The notes under the pieces: generated by a model
Databases searched by the model: none
Seen by the model: the letters and a program-made list of their open reading frames with translations, nothing else
What the model was told of the DNA's origin: nothing
Part shown: positions 1 to 9,910 of the stretch, one piece after another
Layout of the letters: each line of letters opens with the position of its first letter
How positions within the stretch are numbered: the first letter of the stretch is position 1
Assembly (NCBI GenBank): GCA_048937405.1
Contig: JBHLNF010000006.1
Coordinates: forward strand, 32,001 to 96,000
Length of the DNA: 64,000 nt
Source of the DNA: Promethearchaeota archaeon
Lineage (GTDB): Archaea; Asgardarchaeota; Lokiarchaeia; Sigyniarchaeales; SOKP01
Direction of reading: 5' to 3'
Translations under genes and position numbers: made by a program

Positions 1-80
1 TTAGTGGTAATGGGAATTTTTGTAATATCAATTATCTTTTCTTTTTCATCAAAATTTTTTCCTTGCCCACTATTCGTTAA
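1..80 (-). CDS. Probable 5' end of a gene running off the window (LTNSGQGKNFDEKEKIIDITKIPITT...), start codon uncertain
   Basis: Open frame from TTA at 80-78 to the window edge, preceded by an in-frame TGA and a GGAGGG SD-like motif; overlaps the stop of the 70..1707 gene. Confidence 0.35.
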
Positions 81-1707
81 TCATCCCTCCTGTGAATTTA
101 TTTAGCTCATCTTGATTCAATTTTTTTGCGGGAAATCTTCCAAAAATTGAATCTTTTCCTAATTTATCGTACTTAATAGTAGAACACATAGGTAATACTG
201 TTGAATTTTTTTCCATTTCTAATCCAGGCATACCACCATTTGATAGACTGAAAACACAATTGTCTCCTAAGCTAACTCCGAAAAAAGTAAGATTTTCTTC
301 CCCATAAACTCCATCCACCAAATGATTGGAAATGTGTGAAAACGTCCCTATATAACAGTTTTTCCCAAAATCAATATGACTATGAAAAAAAGTTTCTTCA
401 AATACTGTACCTCTTCCAACTTTATTTGAACCAAAGAATCTTAATTCCCAATTAACTAGCCAAGGAAAAGGTGAACGAACAAATGCAAAAATAGGATATT
501 TAAATAAGAATGATAGGAAATGATAATAATCTAATGTTTTAGAGGATTCATCTAGATTTCGATCAAATATGCCATGAGTAGGTCCTCTCTTATCTGCCAT
601 TTGATAAAACCACCTTGTAAACAAAGCTATAAAAAACAAATGGATTAAATAAAGACATATAAATATTAAAGGAGTCATAAGTAAAATTGTAATTATTGTA
701 GGATTTAGAAGTAATTCTAAATTAAATGTTATTGAGAATAAATTTGGGATTAAGAATCCGAAAAGAAATAAAAAAAACAAAAAACCTGGTAAAATAAAAG
801 AAAAACCAATGATGATCCAGCCAGTAATTACATAAAAGTGGAAAGGAACAGATAACTCTTTAGTGTGAGCTTTTAAATTCTCCATATTATATACTCTAAT
901 TATTTCCTTATTAAAAATTTCCTCCTCGAATTGGTTTTTCTTTCCGTATAATTCTAGATTCTCTATTTTTTTAGCGGGAGATCCATGATAAATTGAATTG
1001 CGTTCCAATTTCTGATTAATTGTTGTTATAGAAATCGTATCTAGAATTGTATTAGATTCGACAACTGTTCCTGGCATAACTATTGCATGAGCGCCGATTA
1101 TTACATTATCACCTATAGATACCTTTTTAAGAATTAAATTTTCATTTATTATGATATTTGAAATAATAAAACTTCCTTGACCGACCTTTACATTTTTACC
1201 AAACTCAATAAATTCACAATCAATCCATCCTTTATTCAAAGAATTTGAAAAAGAAGTTCTCACTCCTAATATTTTTAGGACTAAGGTCTCAAGTAAGGGT
1301 AATGATAGTTTTCGTGCTAACCATATAGGCCATTTTCTTACAACTGCTCTTAGACTCCAATAACAATAGTCCTTATCATCACCATTTCTTAAGAAAATTC
1401 CCTCTTTAGGTTTATGTAATAGATTTATGAAGATTAAGAAAATCTTCGCGATTATTGTAGAGCTTAAGGTAATAATTATAAATCCTATAAATAAAACAAT
1501 CGGAAAAAATATATAAAACACCAAATTTAGAGATGTGAAAAATTGCCAAAAATACCATATCCATAATAAGAGTGGTTGAGCACTTAGTAATATTATTAGA
1601 AAATATATAATGAGATACTTCTTTTTCGCTAGAAAATTTGTAGTTCTGGGACCACCTAGAAAAGATGCAGGGCTTGAAATTTTAAAATCACTTTTTCTAC
1701 TCTTTAA
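70..1707 (-). CDS. Membrane protein with two left-handed beta-helix (hexapeptide) acyltransferase-like domains
   Basis: Hexapeptide runs (VSIGDNVIIGAHAIVMPG; FGKNCYIGTFSHI; LGDNCVFS) alternate with TM segments. Track start is 1524, but the frame stays open 61 codons further, to TTA at 1707, adding a TM helix. Confidence 0.7.
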   Translation of the reverse strand, partial: LKSRKSDFKISSPASFLGGPRTTNFLAKKKYLIIYFLIILLSAQPLLLWIWYFWQFFTSLNLVFYIFFPIVLFIGFIIITLSSTIIAKIFLIFINLLHKPKEGIFLRNGDDKDYCYWSLRAVVRKWPIWLARKLSLPLLETLVLKILGVRTSFSNSLNKGWIDCEFIEFGKNVKVGQGSFIISNIIINENLILKKVSIGDNVIIGAHAIVMPGTVVESNTILDTISITTINQKLERNSIYHGSPAKKIENLELYGKKNQFEEEIFNKEIIRVYNMENLKAHTKELSVPFHFYVITGWIIIGFSFILPGFLFFLFLFGFLIPNLFSITFNLELLLNPTIITILLMTPLIFICLYLIHLFFIALFTRWFYQMADKRGPTHGIFDRNLDESSKTLDYYHFLSFLFKYPIFAFVRSPFPWLVNWELRFFGSNKVGRGTVFEETFFHSHIDFGKNCYIGTFSHISNHLVDGVYGEENLTFFGVSLGDNCVFSLSNGGMPGLEMEKNSTVLPMCSTIKYDKLGKDSIFGRFPAKKLNQDELNKFTGGMINE

Positions 1708-1823
1708 TTAGGTAAAAATGTCAGTTTTATAGCAATTTAGGATTATATTAGTAGAATAATTATAATCGAATTATTTAATCTTATCTTTTTCATTGATTTA
1801 AAAAAAATTAAATTAAAAATATT

Positions 1824-2183
1824 CTACTCTTCGATAGTAAAATCTTTAATCATAGAAATTGCTTTATTGATATCTATAGTAATGGCGATTAGTTTTATTT
1901 CTTCTTCCTCTTCAAACTCAGGATCCATCATCACAAAATAGAATTTATTACCCTCTGTGTCATATCCGACTTCCATTTCACCACAATCTTCTGGAATTAT
2001 CTTGCCAATACTTTCTGGTGCATTTTCTTTTAAGATTTCATAGATTGCATCTTCAAGTTTTTTCTGATTTTCTCTGATTTTCTTAATATTTGAGAAATCA
2101 AACTGACCCATTGATTCTTGAGCTTTAGAGTTTAAATCATTCCATTCCTGGAACATTTCTTTCAAATTAGGTTGTGAAGCCAT
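1824..2183 (-). CDS. Hypothetical acidic protein
   Basis: 119-aa ATG ORF with protein-like composition; no motif recognised. Confidence 0.65.
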   Translation of the reverse strand: MASQPNLKEMFQEWNDLNSKAQESMGQFDFSNIKKIRENQKKLEDAIYEILKENAPESIGKIIPEDCGEMEVGYDTEGNKFYFVMMDPEFEEEEEIKLIAITIDINKAISMIKDFTIEE

Positions 2184-2292
2184 AAGAAATCAATAATATT
2201 AATCAAAATAAAACTTCGTATTTTCATAGAAATAAATTAAATTGAAGTAATCTAATATACCACAAAAATTAATAATAAAAAAGAGTGATATC

Positions 2293-2868
2293 ATGGATAT
2301 TAAACTTTCAGATCCAAAATTAAAAGGAATGAAAAGTCTTGAAGAATGTATATACGAACGGGAAAGTGTTAGAAATTATAAAAGTAAAGAAATTGAAATT
2401 GAAAAAGTTTCACAAATTTTATGGGCATCACAAGGGAAAAAGGGTCATAAAAGGACAGTCCCCTCTGCAGGAGCAACATTTCCTTTAGAAATTTATATTA
2501 ATCTGAAAGATAAGGGTTTTTATCATTATAATTTTGAAAAACATATTTTAGAATTAATCATAGATAATGATTTAAGTAAAAAACTCTCTGAAGCATCATG
2601 GAACCAAGATTTCATTTCTAAAGCATATCTCAATATAATAATTTGTGCTATTTTTGAAAGAACTACTCAAAGATATGGAGAAAGAGGAGTTAGATATGTT
2701 TTTATTGAAGTAGGTCACTGCGCTCAAAATATCCATTTAGAAGCTGTATCTCAAGGATTAAGCTCAGTTCCTATAGGTGCTTTTGATGATAATAAAGTAA
2801 AAGATGTGTTAAATCTAAAAAAGAAAATTGAACCGTTATATATAATTCCAATTGGGTATCCAATTTAA
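2293..2868 (+). CDS. SagB/ThcOx-family nitroreductase-like flavoprotein
   Basis: RESVRNY, RTVPSAGATFPLEIY, EVGHCAQNIHLEA and IGAFDD motifs. Confidence 0.9.
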   Translation: MDIKLSDPKLKGMKSLEECIYERESVRNYKSKEIEIEKVSQILWASQGKKGHKRTVPSAGATFPLEIYINLKDKGFYHYNFEKHILELIIDNDLSKKLSEASWNQDFISKAYLNIIICAIFERTTQRYGERGVRYVFIEVGHCAQNIHLEAVSQGLSSVPIGAFDDNKVKDVLNLKKKIEPLYIIPIGYPI

Positions 2869-2881
2869 TATTATATCTTTA

Positions 2882-3427
2882 CTAATATGATTGGACATCA
2901 AATTCAGCTTTCTCTATTGAAAAAAACATAGCCTTAGATGATATTGCTAATATCTTTCTATGACCCAAATATTTCATACCTATTCTTTCAGCAACTCTCC
3001 CTGCTTTTGAGTTGGTGGGGTGAAGAAATATCATCAATCTTCTTAAATTTAATCTGGTAAAGGCAAATTCCAATAGTTTTTTCATAGCTTCAATTGCATA
3101 ACCATAACCCCTATATCTAGGAAGAAGTATATAGAATATTTCTGCATCCTCACCATTCTCTTGAATTATCAAACCACATGAACCAATTATCTCTTCTTCA
3201 AGTTTACTGCTAATAGCTAATGTAAGTAAAGGATGTTTAGAAGTATAAGAATCCAGAATCATTCGGAAAAGTATATTATTATTATTTTCAAGCTTAATGT
3301 TTAAAACATATTTTAAATTATTTGATACTTCCACATCTTCATAAATATTTGAAAATACTTCAAAATTATCTGGATTAAATTGTTTTAATCTGAGTCTCTT
3401 TGTCTCAAGTGTATTTGGAAGGTTCAT
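2882..3427 (-). CDS. GNAT N-acetyltransferase, RimJ/RimL family
   Basis: LETKRLRL N-terminus; YRGYGYAIEA acetyl-CoA motif; N..A.RVAERIGM. Confidence 0.88.
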   Translation of the reverse strand: MNLPNTLETKRLRLKQFNPDNFEVFSNIYEDVEVSNNLKYVLNIKLENNNNILFRMILDSYTSKHPLLTLAISSKLEEEIIGSCGLIIQENGEDAEIFYILLPRYRGYGYAIEAMKKLLEFAFTRLNLRRLMIFLHPTNSKAGRVAERIGMKYLGHRKILAISSKAMFFSIEKAEFDVQSY

Positions 3428-3522
3428 GTTAAATTTGAATCTTGTAAATTTACATTATTAAGTTTAAAGCTTTTAATAATTTATATACTTTCAAATTATC
3501 TACATTTCTTAGAATATTTTTA

Positions 3523-4350
3523 ATGAGATATGACGAGAATTTAATAGAAAAAAGAATAAAAAATAATATTATATTTTATTCAATAACATTTTTAATTTTT
3601 TTATTTTGGTATTTTTATACAATTATAGATAACGTCTATCCACTTTTCTTGATTTGTTTTTTGATATCTATAATTATTGTAATAAAATACCTGGAAGAAA
3701 AGAAACATGGATTGACTTTACAGGAAAAATTATTATTTGTTTTATTGTTTTTTATTCCATTTTCGTTATTTACTAATATAATCTTGTTTTATAATACTTC
3801 ATTCAAATTTTTCATTCCATTTGACAACTTAATAGGAATAAGACATAATCATAATCTTAATCTTATCTTAGTTTATTTTACAATAATCTTTCTTAAATTA
3901 TTTGGAATCAAGATTTTTTTTTCCAAAAATAGAAGTATTCTTGAGCAAGGGAAAATTGATGATATATTTCAATTTTTTACAAAAAATTTGACTTATAAAA
4001 AAGTAATATTTTTATTAATTCTCTTTCCTTTAGTAGCATTAACCGAAGAATTAATTTATCGAAGTTTATTATTAAGTATTTTAATTTATTATCTTAATTG
4101 GGATTGTATTCTAAGTATAATTATAGTCTCAGTTATATTTGGTTCAGTTCATTATTCCACATCCAAGAATTGGAGTCATGTAATTTCTACATTCGTCTCA
4201 TCTATTATATATTCTCTTGCTTTAATTCAATTAGGTTTATTATATCCTTGGATTTTCCACTTAATGACAAATTTATCTGTGTTAGTTTTCTATTCTCATG
4301 AAAAAAAAAAGAATGCACCTCTGGAAGTATGTGAAAATAATATGAATTAA
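3523..4350 (+). CDS. CPBP (CAAX/Abi) intramembrane glutamic endopeptidase
   Basis: EELIYR, FGSVHY and H..TN motifs in a multi-TM protein. Confidence 0.85.
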   Translation: MRYDENLIEKRIKNNIIFYSITFLIFLFWYFYTIIDNVYPLFLICFLISIIIVIKYLEEKKHGLTLQEKLLFVLLFFIPFSLFTNIILFYNTSFKFFIPFDNLIGIRHNHNLNLILVYFTIIFLKLFGIKIFFSKNRSILEQGKIDDIFQFFTKNLTYKKVIFLLILFPLVALTEELIYRSLLLSILIYYLNWDCILSIIIVSVIFGSVHYSTSKNWSHVISTFVSSIIYSLALIQLGLLYPWIFHLMTNLSVLVFYSHEKKKNAPLEVCENNMN

Positions 4351-4407
4351 TTTAAAATACTCACCATGAATTTAATATTTTAATCATAGTTTTATATTAT
4401 TTTTTAA

Positions 4408-5223
4408 ATGAAAATCGAATTTCGAGAAGCTAAAAGCATAATTACAAAGAGTAATATTCCTTCCATCGATTATGTTATAAATCCTTATATCGGATGTCAA
4501 CATAGTTGTATCTATTGTTATGCTGAATTTATGATAAGGTTCACTGGTCATAAGGGTGATAAATGGGGACAATTTTTAGATATAAAAACCTATGACTTTA
4601 ATAAAATAAAACCAGAGAAGTATAATGGAAAACGATTACTTTTAAGCTCAGTAACAGATCCATATATCCCACTTGAATTAAAATATCAAAATACAAAAAG
4701 AATATTAGAAAAACTTGTTAGCACAACGGCTCATGTTTCAATATTAACAAAATCAAAATTTGCAGTAAGAGATATTGATTTATTTAAGAAATTTGATGAT
4801 TTGGAAGTAGGAATTTCGATTAGTACTCTAGATGATAATTTTGCAAAATTGATTGAAAAAGGTGCTTCAAGACCCATTGAAAGATTAAATACATTAAAAG
4901 AGATACATGAAAACGGAATAAAAACTTATACATTTATTTCCCCCTTTTTCCCAAAAATAACAGATTTTAAAGCTATTATTAATGAAACCGTGGATTATAC
5001 TGATTCATATATGTTTGAAAATTTGAATTTTAGACCTCATAATACTCCAAGAATTCTAAAAATTATCAAAAGTAATTATCCTGAACTCCTATCTCTTTAT
5101 CAAGAGTTTAGAAGGGATAATAGTCAGTGGGAAATAATAGAAGCTGAAATAGATACTTATTGTAAAAACCTGAATGTTGTTTACTCAATAGAATTTCATC
5201 ATGGAGGATTTTCAAAAAGTTAA
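4408..5223 (+). CDS. Radical SAM protein, spore photoproduct lyase-like family
   Basis: NPYIGCQHSCIYCYA (CxxxCxxC), SSVTDPY, ILTKS. Confidence 0.88.
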   Translation: MKIEFREAKSIITKSNIPSIDYVINPYIGCQHSCIYCYAEFMIRFTGHKGDKWGQFLDIKTYDFNKIKPEKYNGKRLLLSSVTDPYIPLELKYQNTKRILEKLVSTTAHVSILTKSKFAVRDIDLFKKFDDLEVGISISTLDDNFAKLIEKGASRPIERLNTLKEIHENGIKTYTFISPFFPKITDFKAIINETVDYTDSYMFENLNFRPHNTPRILKIIKSNYPELLSLYQEFRRDNSQWEIIEAEIDTYCKNLNVVYSIEFHHGGFSKS

Positions 5224-5325
5224 AAAAGCATTCTCAAATTAATTTTTTTAAAGAAAATTTATAAATCACATGCCAAGTAGCTTATTTCCTCATCAAGCTC
5301 CAAAATTATTACTTAAAATAAAACA
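5062..5325 (+). repeat. Copy 1 of a diverged ~260-bp direct repeat (radical SAM 3' end, spacer, truncated 5' end of the DUF4184-like gene)
   Basis: Aligns by eye with 6306-6570, e.g. gaatttcatcatggag..ttttcaaaaagttaaaaaagcattctcaaatt and atgccaagtagc...catcaagctcc...ttattacttaaaataaa. Confidence 0.9.
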
Positions 5326-5559
5326 TCAGTCCAACCAGTAAACCTGTTTTCCTTATTTCAAGTACTCTCCCCATTTCTTAATAAAACTATTGTGTACATA
5401 ATATTTCATGATTTTATATTTTATTTCTCGCATTATTTGAATATTTTAATACTTCTTATATATCTCTTTACTTTTTTGAAGATGTTAAAAATTATATATA
5501 TGAAGAGTCTTATTATTATCTAACAAAATTATAACTATAATCCAAAAAAAAACACAAAA

Positions 5560-6258
5560 GTGTCAAATATGAGAAGAATAATAAAAATAACGTTCCTGTT
5601 AATATGTTCTACCTTATTCCTATTTCCTTTCATACCTAATGCCTTATGTATTACTACACAAGGAGATACTACATTTGGGGTAGATGAAGGTCAAGAATTA
5701 AGTTGGACCGTTACCGGAGGAATACCTGAGTATATAGGTTATAAATATAAGGTTACAATCGAAGATATTTATAATGGCTCTTATATGAGCATTGATTCTT
5801 TTATGATTGATGCTACTGTAAGCTCATACAATAAAACAGAAGATTCATGGACGACATTGATTAATGATGCCTTTTTTGTTGCTGCTAATGAAACTCAAAA
5901 TTTTATTGCATTTGAAAGCACCATAGCTACGGCAGGTTTATATTTTATCATCCCCTCTCCCATAAATTTAACTATGATTGGTGAATATGCTTTAGATTCA
6001 GGATACTATGCAAGTTATTTAATTAATGGAAATAAGCTCACCATTGAAGGCACATTTTTGGGTACACTCCATTTAACTTATAATTCTGATGGAATTCTAA
6101 CTAAAATGGAATCAGAATTTTTTGGTCAAATACTTTCGGTAATGACTTTAGGTGGTGGCGGAGGAGGAGGAGGTATTCCTTTTGGATATTCCTTCTTAAT
6201 TTATACCATAATAGCAATAATAGGATTAGTATATCTTAAAAAGAGAAATATTAAATAA
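5560..6258 (+). CDS. Secreted/surface protein with poly-Gly linker and IPFG-TM-basic C-terminal anchor (Loki-CTERM-like)
   Basis: N-terminal signal peptide; C-terminus GGGGGGGIPFGYSF-hydrophobic-KKRNIK. Confidence 0.75.
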   Translation: MSNMRRIIKITFLLICSTLFLFPFIPNALCITTQGDTTFGVDEGQELSWTVTGGIPEYIGYKYKVTIEDIYNGSYMSIDSFMIDATVSSYNKTEDSWTTLINDAFFVAANETQNFIAFESTIATAGLYFIIPSPINLTMIGEYALDSGYYASYLINGNKLTIEGTFLGTLHLTYNSDGILTKMESEFFGQILSVMTLGGGGGGGGIPFGYSFLIYTIIAIIGLVYLKKRNIK

Positions 6259-6305
6259 TTTTTTTTTATTTCTTTCTGTTATTTCATTATTCCATTTTAA
6301 AGTCT

Positions 6306-6570
6306 ATAATTAAAAATAATTATCCTAAACTTCTATCTACTTATCAGAAATTTAGGATGGATAATAGTTTATGGGAAATAATAGAGACTGAAATAGATGC
6401 TTACTGTAAAGACTTGAAACTTGTTTACTCGATAGAATTTCATCATGGAGAGTTTTCAAAAAGTTAAAAAAGCATTCTCAAATTCATTTTATTAAAGAGA
6501 ATTTATTAATCATATGCCAAGTAGCATATTTTCTCATCAAGCTCCAGGATTATTACTTAAAATAAAGTAT
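6306..6570 (+). repeat. Copy 2 of the direct repeat (orphan radical SAM 3' fragment plus intact start of the DUF4184-like gene)
   Basis: Translates as NYPKLLSTYQKFRMDNSLWEIIETEIDAYCKDLKLVYSIEFHHGEFSKS*, paralogous to the C-terminus of 4408..5223. Confidence 0.9.
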
Positions 6571-7161
6571 CCAAAAAAATTCGATGGAACTGCTTTATGC
6601 ATTAGTACTTTTGTTCCTGATATAGTTGTTGTAACTGACCCCTTTTTCTCAACTAACCTTAGAGCGATTACTCATAGTCTATTAGGATTAGTAATATATA
6701 CTATACCTTTGGCAGTTATATTAACAATAGTATTTTGTAAATATATAGGCCCCTTTTTAGCTAAGCTGGCCAAGAAAGATAGAATTCTTACTAAACCCAT
6801 GAAATATTTTGGAATTGATGAATGGGATTCCTTAAAAAAGAAAGAATATAATAGGAAATTCTTTATTGTCGCATCATATTCTGCTTTAATTGGAGGACTT
6901 ACTCATCTTTTACTTGATCTACCAGCCCATGTAACCATAGAATTATTTTTTCCACTAATATTACAATCACCTGATATATTATTATATTCTATAGTTGATT
7001 TTGGTCCTATTATAATAGGAGAAATGCAAATTGAACGTAATTTAACAGTTTTTCAACTTTTATGGATGGTTGAATCTATAATTGCTGGAATTATAGCTCT
7101 TTATCTTCTAAGATATATAAAAAAGCATGAGTTAATTTCAAAGTGGTATAACGAATCTTGA
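6514..7161 (+). CDS. DUF4184-like membrane protein (putative metal-dependent hydrolase)
   Basis: SHQ, PD, THS and THLLLD motifs with TM segments. Confidence 0.7.
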   Translation: MPSSIFSHQAPGLLLKIKYPKKFDGTALCISTFVPDIVVVTDPFFSTNLRAITHSLLGLVIYTIPLAVILTIVFCKYIGPFLAKLAKKDRILTKPMKYFGIDEWDSLKKKEYNRKFFIVASYSALIGGLTHLLLDLPAHVTIELFFPLILQSPDILLYSIVDFGPIIIGEMQIERNLTVFQLLWMVESIIAGIIALYLLRYIKKHELISKWYNES

Positions 7162-7254
7162 GAAAAATAAGTTATCACAAGATAAAATTTATGACAAATT
7201 ATTATTATGTCTAATAAACCTTTAAAGTAATAAAAAAAATAACTAAAAAGAAAA

Positions 7255-9633
7255 TTAAAAATTGATTTTATTTAATTTTTGTTTTTGTTTCCAAGAAAAT
7301 CCTATAATTCCTGCTAACATTATTAGTAATATCAGAACAGTATAAGGTCCTGGAATTCCTTGTTTAGATTTTTTTATCATAACTGAAGAAAAACCTAGAT
7401 TTCCTGCATTATCTAGAGCATAGAAAGTTATATGAACATCCCCATATGATAAATCATTCCATTCATCCTCATCAATTCTTCCATTATAGGTCGTTATTGG
7501 TATGGTTGTGGATCCATTATCTAAGCTATACCAAAAAGAATCTAGATTAATTTCGGTAATTGTAATATTGTAAACTGGTGTTGCTTTAAATTGCTTTCCA
7601 GATAAAGGTTCATATATTGTAATAATTGGATCTATTGTATCTTTATAAAGTGATATTTCAGCAGTACCAATAAGACCTTCTGAATTATTGGCATAAAATC
7701 TAAGAGTAAATATGCCTTCAGCTAAATCATTCCACATGGTTTGATTAATTCGCCCAGAAGTTCCACATGTAATATTTGTTATTCCATCATTTATAGTATA
7801 CCATATAAAAATATAATCTGGACTTAAAGAAAGATTGAAAATCGGAGCAATTTCTGCAAAACCTTGATCCTCTATAGGTGAATCTATACTTATTGTTGGT
7901 GGAGTATACAGTGAAATCCAATTACATGGATAGAAGTATAATTTACCATAGCCATTATGAGGATAATTTGTTAATTTAACATTATAAACAAAAAATTGTC
8001 GTGGGTGATACAGAAATACATGAGGATATGTATATGAAGACACATTTATTTGTATATCATGATTAATAGTATTTCTAACATTATCATCAGCAGTTTCTAA
8101 AATTTCTTCTATTTTTGTATCTAACCAGGGAATATTTATTTGAGCTGAATTGTATTCTGAAGAACTATGCATCAATGGATGGAATATATTATATGGATCA
8201 ATGTAATCTGGAGTCCAACCATTAACAAAAAGACATAATTGATCTTTAAAATCACTTAATTTCATTATAAAAGTATAATAGTCAGATCCATTGTCTTCAA
8301 GGGTAATCCCAATATCTTCAAAACAATCAACTAAAAATGGATATAAATCTGCCCTAAAACCATTATAATAAGAGTAGTTAAAAGTTGCGAGATTCGCAGC
8401 ATGCCAAGCAGAATCATCACGATTATCATTAGCAGTAAGTCCAGTTGTATCGATTCCTGGATCATCAATTAAAGTTTGTCTAGCAATCGTTAAATTATAA
8501 AATGGAGCAATATCTGAGCAATTGTAGTAACCATCTCCAAAACCAGGAGATATTGGACTATAAGCCCTTATTGCATTATTATTTAGCAGCTCTTTGATAA
8601 TATATGAATAATTAATTGCATAGGAAATTGCTTTTCTCCATGTTATATTAATTACTTTATTATTCATCCCTAGATAATTATATGTTAATCCAGGAGTTGG
8701 TGCTTCGACAAGTGCAATATTCGGATCTGCTGCAAAATAAGAATAATATGACTCTAATGGGTCAACTAAATAATCGATATCTCCTGATTGTATCGCAGCA
8801 TTTCTAGCAAATGAATCTTCTATAATTACAAATTTCATTGTGTTAATATTTGCTTTTCCTTGCCAATAAGCATCATAAGCATGAAAATTTATTTCAGTAC
8901 TACTATTATATCCATCATATTCAAAAGGACCAGTTCCGATTAAATCTCCCGTAGAAAGATCAATATAATCAGTTTGGGAATGGAATGCAGGAGAAATCAT
9001 AGAAGCCCCCGTAAAACATAATAAATTTAAAAAGGGTCCATAGGGACCATTAAGATGAATTGTGATATTATATTCATTAACTATATCAATTTGCCTCATA
9101 ATGCCAGTTCCATTAGGAAATTTCCATAATATATGAGTTATTGCTGGATCCATAGTATCTGGAAGTGTTCCTGTAGCGTTCGTTAAATAGTTTATTCTAT
9201 CCAAATTCCATTTAGCAACTGTAGAATTGAATGGAGTATTGTCGTGAAAAAGTATACCTTCTCTGAGTTTAAGATGTAAAGTGATATCATCTTGCCACCA
9301 ATACGATTCAGCAAGCCAATTAATCCGCGACATATCTGGATCTGATAAATTATTTCTAAAAAGACCTTCACAAACCTGATCTATTACATTCACGGAAGAT
9401 ATATCAAAGGAATCAACAGGGTCTATAGTGACTGGTCCTGATTTTATACCAACTACAAAAGGTACATAAAAAATATCGTTAGTATCAAGCTTGAATTCAT
9501 TATCATTATTCATATTAATAATATTATTAGAATTTTGAGGGAATAATTGTAAAAAGTTAAATCCAGTTGATATTAGAAGCCCAAAAAATATATATGTAAA
9601 AATTTTTAAATCTTTTTTTAGATCATGGGTCAT
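7255..9633 (-). CDS. Family 5 (peptide/nickel) ABC substrate-binding protein with C-terminal Ig-like repeats and IPG-TM anchor
   Basis: LREGILFHDNTPFN, IGTGPF, WRKAISYAIN and GWTPDYIDP motifs; two P.I.I..P...Y..D/N.G beta repeats; GIPGPY-TM-KQKQK tail. Confidence 0.88.
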   Translation of the reverse strand: MTHDLKKDLKIFTYIFFGLLISTGFNFLQLFPQNSNNIINMNNDNEFKLDTNDIFYVPFVVGIKSGPVTIDPVDSFDISSVNVIDQVCEGLFRNNLSDPDMSRINWLAESYWWQDDITLHLKLREGILFHDNTPFNSTVAKWNLDRINYLTNATGTLPDTMDPAITHILWKFPNGTGIMRQIDIVNEYNITIHLNGPYGPFLNLLCFTGASMISPAFHSQTDYIDLSTGDLIGTGPFEYDGYNSSTEINFHAYDAYWQGKANINTMKFVIIEDSFARNAAIQSGDIDYLVDPLESYYSYFAADPNIALVEAPTPGLTYNYLGMNNKVINITWRKAISYAINYSYIIKELLNNNAIRAYSPISPGFGDGYYNCSDIAPFYNLTIARQTLIDDPGIDTTGLTANDNRDDSAWHAANLATFNYSYYNGFRADLYPFLVDCFEDIGITLEDNGSDYYTFIMKLSDFKDQLCLFVNGWTPDYIDPYNIFHPLMHSSSEYNSAQINIPWLDTKIEEILETADDNVRNTINHDIQINVSSYTYPHVFLYHPRQFFVYNVKLTNYPHNGYGKLYFYPCNWISLYTPPTISIDSPIEDQGFAEIAPIFNLSLSPDYIFIWYTINDGITNITCGTSGRINQTMWNDLAEGIFTLRFYANNSEGLIGTAEISLYKDTIDPIITIYEPLSGKQFKATPVYNITITEINLDSFWYSLDNGSTTIPITTYNGRIDEDEWNDLSYGDVHITFYALDNAGNLGFSSVMIKKSKQGIPGPYTVLILLIMLAGIIGFSWKQKQKLNKINF

Positions 9634-9702
9634 TATAAGATATTTTTATTTTTTCCTAATATATAAAGATTTGTACGAATAACCTTTATAGAGTTAAATA
9701 AA

Positions 9703-9753
9703 TAGTAGTAAAACCTAACTTTTAGTTGTAAAATTTACGAGTTACTAGTAAAA
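9703..9753. promoter_or_regulatory. Three phased direct repeats TA(G/C)T(A/T)GTAAAA at 20-bp period in a divergent intergenic region
   Basis: tagtagtaaaa at 9703, tagttgtaaaa at 9723, tactagtaaaa at 9743. Confidence 0.45.
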
Positions 9754-9910
9754 TATTTAGAGAAAAATATTTTAACTCCACTCGATTAATGAGAAGAGCT
9801 GGTTAATTCTTAGCACTTTTAGAAAAATTTATACTAAAAGATTTATCTTTAGAATTATATTGAAAGATCTATCTTTCGATTAAAAGAGATATTTTATTTA
9901 TGAACATATA

